In this document: piece by piece, positions 31,401-39,600 of the stretch
How positions within the stretch are numbered: the stretch's first letter is position 1
How the letters are laid out: the number at the start of each line of letters is the position of its first letter
From: a virus
Virus record (IMG/VR): IMGVR_UViG_3300014775_001776
Coordinates: 32,001 to 96,000 of that record
Length of the DNA stretch: 64,000 nt
Reading direction: 5' to 3' (one strand)
Position numbers and translations under genes: made by a program
Notes under the pieces: model-generated
What the model was told of the DNA's origin: nothing
Databases searched by the model: none
The model's input: the letters and a program-made list of their open reading frames with translations, nothing else

Positions 31401-34400
31401 CTTGGTATCAAGGTAAAGTTTTAAATGATGAGTTAGCTCCGAATGTACTTTATGAGGGTATTATAGGTAAAGATGATAATAATGGTCAAAATTGGTTATG
31501 GTTTGCAACTTATCCATATCTTGGGTCTCTATCGGCAGGTACGGTAAACGGAAGTACAGTATCTGCATTTGGTATAAGTGGTGAATCTGAGACTCACAGT
31601 AAATACGATTCCAGATGGTGTTCATCTAATGATGGTGGAAAATGTGTTCCAAGAACACCATCGTTCAACCTCAGTCAAAGTGGTATATCTACTAGTGATA
31701 TATACAAGAGAGTTACTTATGGTTATCAATTAGAAGGGTCTTACGGTGTAAGTGATCCAAGATCACAAGGTATACCATTTACTCCTGAATCTGGACAAGC
31801 CGATACTTTTGATACTGTCTATGGTAATTTCGCAGGTGAAGAAACAGACTATATAGTCATAATTGTTACCAATCAGAGTAGTGGTGAGGTTGGTTTATAT
31901 CATGGGTCTACATCATATAATGAAGGTAACGCTAAAAAGTCAGACTTAGTAAACCATCCATTTAGATTAGATGGAAAGGGATGGGAAGGAGAAATAACGG
32001 ATCTAGATGATACGGTAGGACAGTTCTTTGAACCAACAGATAGATTCACACATGATTATGAATCATATCTGAAAGTTTGGGAAGAAATCAAAAAATCGGG
32101 TGGTACTCCAAACGTTTTTGTCTATCCTGTCTCAAGTGACGATCAAGAAGTTGTTCCATTTACACAACATCTGATTGGGTCGATTGAAGGTGGACAAATT
32201 TCATCCGATCAATTCCAATCTAAATATGGATCTTCGATTTATAATGTTAGTAATCAAAACGTAGATCTTTCTACTCTTACTACAAAAAATCTTTATTCTG
32301 GGTTCGGAATTAACTCAATATTCTTAGATCTAAATATACAATATCAATCTGGTGGGCCTGGATTGAAAAACTTTAATGTTTATACTGATCCTAATGTCTT
32401 AGATTATTCATTGAGTTCAGTATCGAATTCACTTAACAAACTGATCGATGAAGTTGGGTATCAAAGTGGTTACGGATTTATATATGGTGGAAAATGTTAT
32501 TACTTAGATAGTGTTAGTTCTGGTGTTCCCGATTACTCACCGACAAGTGATGACATCATTGAAAATATATGTTCTTATTCGGGATGTCCAAGTTGTATAC
32601 CATCTGGTTGTTATTCTGGTTTGACAACAGGTTTAGAACACTATTACTACGATTGTTGTAATGGTACATATATTACAGGTACTAGTAATAATGTGACTGT
32701 TTGTATCGATACTTCTAAACCTTTCAGTGGTGTTGATATTTCAGATTATATATCTTGTACACCTGAATGTTTGACTGGATTTTCAATTACTAAATCAGTA
32801 ACAGGAACATGTGAAAATCCAGGTAATGGTATTATATTAATTCAAGTTCAGGATGCATTACAACCATTTATTATAACACCTATTGGACCTTCATACCCAT
32901 CATATAGTGGAAGTCAAACATTCGATGGTATTATAACATATTCAGGTCTTTCTATAGGTGCTTATGGATTTACGGTTACAGATAGTATAAACCAAAGTGA
33001 GACATTTACACTGGTTGTTGATGGTTGTGTATCAGTTCAAATAAGTAATTCGAAAAATACTAGTTGTGGTCTGAATAATGGTACTATAACTGGTACTACA
33101 AATGCTTCACAACTACCTTTAAATGGTAAATTATATAAAGACGGTGGTCTTTATGAAGAATTCGAGATAAGTAATGGAACTTTTGTAAGAACGGAATTAC
33201 CTGCAGGTGTTTATATACTCGAAATTTTAGATTTATTCAATAATGTTTTAGATCAATCAGGGGCAGTAACTGTAAACGATTCGAATAATCTTACTTACGA
33301 TTTGTCTGGTACATCAATACCACAATGTAATAGTACGGGCGCCACAATGACTGTGAGTAATATCGTGGGTGAGTCACCATTTACTTATATTGCTAGTAAT
33401 GGAGATACTGGAACGACTACCGCAACTACTTTCACATTAACAGGGTTTACTGTAGGGTCTCAAAGTATTTCAATAACAGGTAATAATAATTGCTCACTTT
33501 ACCAAAGTATACTTTACAGTGGGGCTGCAACAGTAGGAGTGGCTGAACCAGATATTGAAATTGCCACATGTTTAGAATGTAACGGATCAATAGACTTCAG
33601 AATATCTGGGGGAACACCACCTTTCCAAACAAAACTAGATCAAAATGAATATATCTCATATTCTAGCACTGATTACGATACTGTCTACAATTATAGTGGA
33701 ATATGTAGTGGAAGTCACCAAATTACTATAAAAGATAGTGCTGGTTGTATATCTAACCCTTATACTTTCTTTGTTGAAAACCAGGGAGGTCTTAATGGTG
33801 TTTCTATAAGTGCAACACAACCAACTTGTAATAATTTAGGGTCATTCTTAATACAGATCGATTCTGAATACGTGGCGAATCAAACCTTATTTAGATTTTA
33901 TGGTCAGTGTAGTAATATTCCTGAAGGTGTCCCTGTTGGGGTTACAGTATTTGATAGAGTGGATTTCTTCCCACAATTCCATTTCGAAAATTTATCACCT
34001 GGAACGTGGTCGATAAGTGCTGGTACAATTAATAACGCTACTGAAAAAGAATTTATTTGTGAATATAATACGCAATTTGTATTAGAGGATGATGGAGATC
34101 CGTTCCCGTTAATTATTACACCGACAGGTACTACATGTGGTATACCAAATGGTGTTATAGAGGTAAGATTATATGAAAATATCGAAGCACTAATAAATGG
34201 ATTATTGGCGGTACCATTTGATTACTATATCTATAACGAGAATAATCAAATAGTTTATCAAAAAATAAATTCTTCAGATTTTAAAATAACAGTCAATAAT
34301 TTAAGTTCTGGAATTTATACCGTAAAAGTTGTAGATAATGAATCATGTGAAAAGCAACAAAACGTTACGATAACTGCATCGGAGGGGATGGATTTCACAC

Positions 34401-36664
34401 TTGAAGGTACCGATACCGTCAATGGAAATGATGGATCAATAAAGGCTGTGATCACATCAGGACAACCACCATTTACTTATCAATGGTCTTCAGGTCAAGT
34501 AACTCAAAATATTGAATCCATCACTCAAGGTGGATATACGCTTACAATTGCAGATGCTAATGGATGTTCTTTACAAAGGGAAATAACTTTAGGAGGTACT
34601 GTATTATTCTCTTCATCTCAGACGGTTGAAGTATGTTCTAATGAATTTGCTATTTCTTCATCATCAAAACGTTCTATTAAAGACATGTATGATGAAGGTT
34701 TTGCTGAAGTTACATTTGGTGACACTGGATGTACATTGAATCAAGCTACTTTTACATGTGTAGTTGATTTATCTGGTCCAGTAGAAATAACAGAACAAGA
34801 GATTTTCTTCTACTCTGAATCACTTGACACATATCCATCTGACAATATATGGGTTGCGGCTATAGGTGTGGTTTTAAACAGTATTGAGGAAATACAAGAT
34901 TACAATATAGATTTATTAAGTAATACTATAACAATTAATTCATCATGTTCTGGTGAAGAAGATCCATTGAGGGGTGCATCCTTATCGTTAAGTTTATTTA
35001 TTGAATATGATGTCGAATGTCAATTCGTTAGTGAGGTATCACCAGAACCATCATCAACACCTTCACCAACAATTACATTTACACCAACAATGACAATAAC
35101 TCCAACACGTACATTGAGTCCTATGATTAAGTCAATATTTGCCGAAAACTGTTGTGATCAAACTATTATTCAATTGAGAGTTAATTCTAACGTCATAATT
35201 GGTGATGTTGTGAGTTATGATTCCGGTTGTTATAGAATGATCGGTAATAATGATAATAATGATTCCCCATATGTTGATTCTATAATATACACTTCTTGTA
35301 CTGAATGTTCACCGTCCACTACTCAATGTGTGACACCAACTGTGACAATGACAAATACTGTCACACCTACTATCACTCAATCACCATCTGTAACACCAAC
35401 TAATACTATTACAAATACAGTATCACCATCTGTAACACCAACTAATACTTTGACACCAAGTGAAACTCCAACTAATACTCCAACTAATACAACTACTATT
35501 ACTGCTACACCAACTGGAACTCCAGCAGTAACACCTAATGACACACCATCAGTAACACCAACAAATACTATCACACCAACGAATACTATAACGAATACTG
35601 CGACACTGACTAATACTCCGACTAATACAAACACAAATACTATTACGGCTAGTCAGACAACAACACCAACAAACTCACCAACACAAACAGGTACACCTGG
35701 TTTATCGTCTACACCAACTGAGACACCAACAAATACAGTGACTTCAACACCTACTGATACACCTGTAGAAACTCCAACGGTGACTCCATCAATTACAAAT
35801 ACGATGACAATGACGCCAACAAATACTATCACTAATACACAAACAATGACATATACACCAACATTAACACAAACACCGACTGAAACGTGGCCATTAGATA
35901 CGCCACAACCGACACCAAGTATAACACAGACAAATACACCAACATTGGCATATCAAGCAGTAATATTATTCGACAGATGCTGTACTGGTGAGATCGATTA
36001 CGGTACTGCAATTGCTGTTAACATTCCCGTAGGAAAGGCCCTTGAAACAAATTCAATATTCCTTTCTGGTGAATGTAAATATGTTGGTATTGTTAGTGGT
36101 ATTGATTATCCGACCATTGAATATGTAAACCCAGATAGTTCTGACATCTATGAAGATTGTGAATTGTGTAAGCAACAAAACGGTTGTCCAACCCCAACAC
36201 CGACCAAAACACCACAAGCAACACCACCAGCAACCGCACCAGGAGCTTCACCAACGGGAACTCCATCGGTAACTTCTACTCCTGAAGTGACACCAACTAA
36301 TACTATAACAAATACTCAAACACCTACACAGACTAAGCAAATATTGGATCCGACACCATTCCCAACTCCGAGTAATACGCCTGATGTTGTGAGTGATACT
36401 GTAATAAGAGCTGCAGGTCTAGTAGATGGTGATTTCAGAACATGGGCTGATACTGATGGATTCTGGCCATGGGAAGTTGACGGATATGTTGGAGGATGGA
36501 TCAGAGTTTCCAGAGAAGATAGTGAAGAAATGTTAGAAAGAAATGTTAGCTTTATATATGAACTCGATGGGTACTACATCATGGCAGGTCAACTTGGACA
36601 ACCAGTAGGTATACCTTCACCACAAATATTAGTTAATAATAAAGTTGGTGAGATTGACAACTGA
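25409..36664 (+). CDS. Giant mucin-like putative virion fibre/adhesin, 3751 aa: Thr/Pro stalks, about 14 Cys-rich modules, two copies of a ~360-380 aa inserted domain, a vWA domain and SprB repeats
   Basis: TPTPT linkers; CC...CY...CxxC...C modules; vWA MIDAS DQSGS (29369-29383) plus ILITDG; SprB-type GNDGSIKAVITSGQPPFTYQWSSG...GGYTLTIADANGC; no signal peptide. Confidence 0.8.
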   Translation: MANTAKLRFLTLLQDSGFNNPGLLVSGSSGVATSNSLGGAQVGDNIVLKGLTTGIPVGSTIDGLEFSNLVGATQKSIFLRFIIGFSSVPDNLIRAEEVTGSTQQVTIGGPTELFGYTGLTVSLLEQLTLKFLVTSNTGIGDLSITGSSVSGSELPSVKVYYTIPPTPTPTITSTVTRTPKGTQTATPTITPTNTTSNTPTPTVTPDPTKTPAYYNLIPCCRSDVNEYYRISQSSWVQSPIGTWQIENDYNIPSGCYTFSQIVPSADPLGSFDFTGDAVGPIFLGCDDNSLCLCPTNTPTPTITSTPTITPSNPVTPTPTYTPLPPFATPTPSEDPKYKDQYPKRNTQYFTSNNCDATVQDPIIKIFGTYEDGENLINKVVTYVDDLGHSFSTIIINRASSLTDDQISDAKFAQTVHDDCDDAIEFIEYYDGDISNMSFRVNTCEVKPQKALLSMTLSNSNALYPYTHFKVGSTCYSFNMFYKDSGGLVVNEKYSSCSECGFNGTQTPTPTQTSTPTSSPTYTPTSTVTNTIDTTPTVTPTQKSTTYIATNCCNDSLDINVQGPINPKKIFVFYDGTIRDEKKLKSASKQIREWYSSYLVKNQFQTGNLYETVIGNSQDNANGENWLWWSVYPYLGSLSGGDLSDGTTINEFDDVVENSTFISESCDSSKSGYRCAPYKTQVNDFGSIAQRINRGLDLDDGISSTVSNGVAFSHDNLNQTYNSGVGQFNGGEKDYLVITFIEESDGEIGMYHGQSTKDDLIYDPFTLKGYGWDLSQSKEPTNRYKHDYESYLSVWADITNNLSGEINTALYNVTDDLLSNFAFSLHNLAAVEGNTISASDFQTKYGDSITDVGPQNLNLSILTSENPYSDLETTTNFNDVLNPEQRENGPGLTNFGFFTNPTLTEWDDNTYLSEIGTNVDYFLKDGFIHAGQCYQFLRYENVTPAVVINESDIVKNICSTDDCVPLLCPSPTATPTNTIQLTPNVTPTITNTPFITRTPTVTSTIPVTPTQSVGIAKLPPQTLEFNKCSVGTPGDNTLYVNLTLWQSNGEKISFYHGGSCYEAKNTNQVTTNSPTAYPTVWFIRCQDCVNYLDELPTPTPTQTPTITPQYRWVNFVSCCDSGFLVRIKLRVDVTPLAGQGFFYNDCYYYDPVYEFYSGGVDLIISSIVLDGLDDDFCQSSYCSTYDPCPTLTPTSTPTISITPSPTETTPLNYYKINPKSCCDESQPFTNGLFINDLVPEGSVFIYNGEEIASLRGQCFIAEYDPNVNPTEYIVVNEFLGKCTECSQLPGFKACETPTPTPTITLTQTPDLCADQDIVILIDQSGSIGSQSNFDFLVNGAIEIANLLEDRMDAGEVQIGAYKWSDCAEDKIELLTGLTSNHTNFVNALSGTSWDLGYTYASKPIELAYNLLSGSTNTEAKKNIILITDGVISDFTEAPECIDLDNPLYSTSQIASLLKLGLYGNGEQVNIYTVNVINGSNNQLESISSGDGYHFYADSFSDFQNVVSGLIVDQVCSERPIVESVEKYRANPCCGGDPILVGVANATTSVIGKGFVFNGACYEIEVIVPGNDAPDHEVSSNDLFDDICLDVNKCSCLNYRKFELENCCDPSDVITIGYSAGQPVLGSGIEYNKKCYQYRGNEGSGDTQLLLDTLVLSMCGQEGCLCATPTPTVSPTTTMTQTPSITSSPTVTITPSITSSETPTQTPTNTITSTITASQSPTITPSNTLTVTPTNTTPSEYVIYSLSGVCGEGTKLLFVSSIVEPGDFIQYSGTCYEVLQYSAGTPTDTVDVLPSEIYENADACTQDSPCVTLTPTPTLTQTPTVTINNTPTNTPTHSHTVTPSKATKVAIIQSCCTGGTTYEISVTTDVTIGDSLLYSGSCFNVISLPAGPTTGLIYYDLPYTSCTDCTSSETICPTATPTETPAVTTTPTKTPNITPEVTSTPTGSLPIDTWLARGCCDFNDTLRVNVPENPQKVYVFYDGTFINETQLKNASENIRSWYQGKVLNDELAPNVLYEGIIGKDDNNGQNWLWFATYPYLGSLSAGTVNGSTVSAFGISGESETHSKYDSRWCSSNDGGKCVPRTPSFNLSQSGISTSDIYKRVTYGYQLEGSYGVSDPRSQGIPFTPESGQADTFDTVYGNFAGEETDYIVIIVTNQSSGEVGLYHGSTSYNEGNAKKSDLVNHPFRLDGKGWEGEITDLDDTVGQFFEPTDRFTHDYESYLKVWEEIKKSGGTPNVFVYPVSSDDQEVVPFTQHLIGSIEGGQISSDQFQSKYGSSIYNVSNQNVDLSTLTTKNLYSGFGINSIFLDLNIQYQSGGPGLKNFNVYTDPNVLDYSLSSVSNSLNKLIDEVGYQSGYGFIYGGKCYYLDSVSSGVPDYSPTSDDIIENICSYSGCPSCIPSGCYSGLTTGLEHYYYDCCNGTYITGTSNNVTVCIDTSKPFSGVDISDYISCTPECLTGFSITKSVTGTCENPGNGIILIQVQDALQPFIITPIGPSYPSYSGSQTFDGIITYSGLSIGAYGFTVTDSINQSETFTLVVDGCVSVQISNSKNTSCGLNNGTITGTTNASQLPLNGKLYKDGGLYEEFEISNGTFVRTELPAGVYILEILDLFNNVLDQSGAVTVNDSNNLTYDLSGTSIPQCNSTGATMTVSNIVGESPFTYIASNGDTGTTTATTFTLTGFTVGSQSISITGNNNCSLYQSILYSGAATVGVAEPDIEIATCLECNGSIDFRISGGTPPFQTKLDQNEYISYSSTDYDTVYNYSGICSGSHQITIKDSAGCISNPYTFFVENQGGLNGVSISATQPTCNNLGSFLIQIDSEYVANQTLFRFYGQCSNIPEGVPVGVTVFDRVDFFPQFHFENLSPGTWSISAGTINNATEKEFICEYNTQFVLEDDGDPFPLIITPTGTTCGIPNGVIEVRLYENIEALINGLLAVPFDYYIYNENNQIVYQKINSSDFKITVNNLSSGIYTVKVVDNESCEKQQNVTITASEGMDFTLEGTDTVNGNDGSIKAVITSGQPPFTYQWSSGQVTQNIESITQGGYTLTIADANGCSLQREITLGGTVLFSSSQTVEVCSNEFAISSSSKRSIKDMYDEGFAEVTFGDTGCTLNQATFTCVVDLSGPVEITEQEIFFYSESLDTYPSDNIWVAAIGVVLNSIEEIQDYNIDLLSNTITINSSCSGEEDPLRGASLSLSLFIEYDVECQFVSEVSPEPSSTPSPTITFTPTMTITPTRTLSPMIKSIFAENCCDQTIIQLRVNSNVIIGDVVSYDSGCYRMIGNNDNNDSPYVDSIIYTSCTECSPSTTQCVTPTVTMTNTVTPTITQSPSVTPTNTITNTVSPSVTPTNTLTPSETPTNTPTNTTTITATPTGTPAVTPNDTPSVTPTNTITPTNTITNTATLTNTPTNTNTNTITASQTTTPTNSPTQTGTPGLSSTPTETPTNTVTSTPTDTPVETPTVTPSITNTMTMTPTNTITNTQTMTYTPTLTQTPTETWPLDTPQPTPSITQTNTPTLAYQAVILFDRCCTGEIDYGTAIAVNIPVGKALETNSIFLSGECKYVGIVSGIDYPTIEYVNPDSSDIYEDCELCKQQNGCPTPTPTKTPQATPPATAPGASPTGTPSVTSTPEVTPTNTITNTQTPTQTKQILDPTPFPTPSNTPDVVSDTVIRAAGLVDGDFRTWADTDGFWPWEVDGYVGGWIRVSREDSEEMLERNVSFIYELDGYYIMAGQLGQPVGIPSPQILVNNKVGEIDN
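32790..34590 (+). repeat. Array of SprB-like Ig repeats within the 3751-aa protein
   Basis: Repeated TC...NG.I.....GG..P(F/Y)......L..G.Y...V.D...C units (e.g. TCLECNGSIDFRISGGTPPF, TTCGIPNGVIEV...LSSGIYTVKVVDNESC). Confidence 0.7.
35380..35449 (+). repeat. 28-nt direct repeat with a 42-nt period in the Thr/Pro stalk
   Basis: ATCACCATCTGTAACACCAACTAATACT at 35380-35407 and 35422-35449. Confidence 0.8.
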
Positions 36665-36679
36665 ATTTATTTTATAATG

Positions 36680-36686
36680 TATTTAT
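36680..36686 (+). promoter_or_regulatory. TATTTAT putative late promoter
   Basis: 6 nt before ATG 36693. Confidence 0.6.
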
Positions 36687-36692
36687 TAGATA

Positions 36693-39600
36693 ATGGAAAA
36701 GACTAATTATATCTATTTATCTGGTATTTCTTCAAATCAGGTTTATGCCATTTGGGCTTTAGCATTCAAATATCCAGGTACTGATATTGTTACTACAGAT
36801 TCTGAATTTATAGGAAAAGAAGGACAGTATATCAGAGCAGAAATTTACTTAGATGATTTACCATATGGTACTTATTCTAATAATGGGTATAAAACACCTA
36901 TTTATGCTTCTGGTGCAACGAATAATTTAGCACCTGCTGGTGAATCTATATTTTTAATAATTACTGAGGAAGAGTACAATAATAACAAATGGAGTCAGTG
37001 GGCTAATTTTGGAAAATCTGCATTTGCTAGAGTCTATGATTATATTAATCCATATGGTAATGAGATAATACATGAACTAGATTACATTAGTGAAACTTTT
37101 GCATTTGATAATATAAAATCCTTCGATGAACCAAGAATAATTAGACATTTATATGAAATTGATAAGGTAGTTTTCAATTTTTTTGATTCTTACAACGAAT
37201 GTCTATCTACCTTCACTAATATAGGTGAAAGATGTAAAGAATTTATCGAAAATTCTTTTACGGGATACACATATGAATATGTGATCAATATAAATGAAGA
37301 TGAATTTGTTTTTTCTGATGGAGAAAATTATTATAATGGTGCTGGATCTTCTAGTAGTGAAAATTATTGGTATGCATTAGAATCTAAATATCGACCCACT
37401 GGGGGGATTTATAATACAACAGGATGTCACTTTGCAATTATAATTACTAAGTTACCTAATGATGTATTTTATGGTATTGCGAAGCAATTTCATTATCTAA
37501 CCGCTTTTAATTATACTGATCAAATTGCCAATTCTTACCCGAAGTTAGATACTGACAATATGGAAATTTTTGCTCAAAAATTAATTGTTCATGAATTAGG
37601 TCACAATCTAGGCTTAGACCATACTTTTTCTGACATTCAGGCAGAATGGAAAACTTTATATCCAGATTTACATTTGAATGCGTTAGACAATCTAAGGAGA
37701 TTTGAACTTAACCCACCATTTAGTGAACCATATTATGATGATGGTAATAGTTATATTGCTTATTCAGGTGAGGCACCTGGTAAATCTGCTGCAATGTCGT
37801 ATGATTTAGATCCTAGTCATGGGTATGGATGTCCGTTGAATCCAAACGTACTGTTAGATGTTAATTACGATCAATTTTCAGGAGTGACAAGGTATCGTGA
37901 TTACCCAATCAATGAGAATAAAATTAATACACTTTTCTTAAATCAAGGAAGGACTGATGATTTTACAAGTTCTAAAAATGGTTTGACTTATTATTCTGGA
38001 AATAATCTTAATTTATTTTCATACATGGTAGATGGTGAATTTGTTGAAGGAGAAATCACTGGTATGACATTGAATTTTACTGCAACTACCGCAGTACAAA
38101 GATTAAAACAGCCATTTTGGGAAAATCCGGCAACATCGGAGTTTAATGATGATTTGAGTTGGACAGATTTAATGTCTTATACTATGTATTTCACCAAAAA
38201 TAATACATTACAAAAATATCCTATATATGCTAAGACAAGTTCGACAGATTCTCCAGAGAATTCTACTGGAATTACTACAAATATTTCGGTACCACTTACA
38301 GGGACCGTTTGGAATATTATCTCATTAGGTTTTCTAGATTATACTGATCTTTCTACAAATGGAATTTTTATTGAATATTTCAGTGGGGCGTACAGTTATA
38401 GCGGAACACCTTCAGGTACAACTATTATACCAAATGGTAGTAATGTGGTATTAGAATTGGATGATTTGAATTTACAAATTCATACAACTGGTGGAACATT
38501 CACAAGAAAGGCTAGAGGTTACGATAGCAGATTTACTGGTCATACATTGTCAACAAAAATATATGAAGAAGGATCCAAAATACAAAGAATAGGTATTGGA
38601 CCTCCAGTAAATGACAGATTTGTTAGTTATGAAAGAGATGCTGCTATTTATATGTTGAAAAAATACGACAGATTTTTCGCATTAAGTCAACCAGCATCTA
38701 ATGAAACAATTAAAGTTGAACAAATATTTTACTATCTATTTGATGATATTGGTAAACCGACCCTAGCTAAAATAGATATAACCAAGGATAATATTCAGTC
38801 CACGTATGATATATCAGATTTGAGAATACAAAATACAGAAATTATAAATATTTTATTTGCAGTCGTTGAAAGTCAAACTTATTTGTTCCTTTTACAAAAA
38901 GAAAGTAATGAAAAATTCTATCTTACCAAACATCTTGTTTTAGATTATTTGAATTTGAATTTAGTAAATGAATCGGTAAAGACTACGACAATAAATCTAG
39001 ATTCATATAATGGTACATTTACATTACTTAGAATGTCTTTGTATGACGATTCAAATATCATAATTTCTACAGATTATTATTTTAATTCGCCTAGTTTCTT
39101 AGTAAATGTAGTTGGGTCGACCAATACAACGGTAGACTTTGATTTGGATTCTCAATTACCTTATGGTAGTGGAGGTATAACAAGTTCGATAAGGGCCAAT
39201 TTAAGTGGAACTACATATTATCATCAATATTGGAGATCTGGTACTAATAAAAGAATATATCAAAATCACGAAACATTTTATAATGGTAATGTTTTTGCAT
39301 ATGATATAGATCATCCTTTGGAATCATCAGAAGAGGTATTAAGAATTTTTTATTATTCGTGGGATGATAATGAGAATAAAATAAATGTTATAACAGATCA
39401 AGGGAGGGTAATAAGTCTTGACGGAAATAATTATACGGGTGGTACTTATACCATAACTGGCACTTCTATCTTAAGACAATTTGATGATCATCAAATAATT
39501 TCAATTTCTAACCTTCAAAACTTCTCTAATACGTATGATATTACATTCGATTTAGAACAATATTACTTGAGAGGTCTCAATAGTGATATCGTTTATGTGA

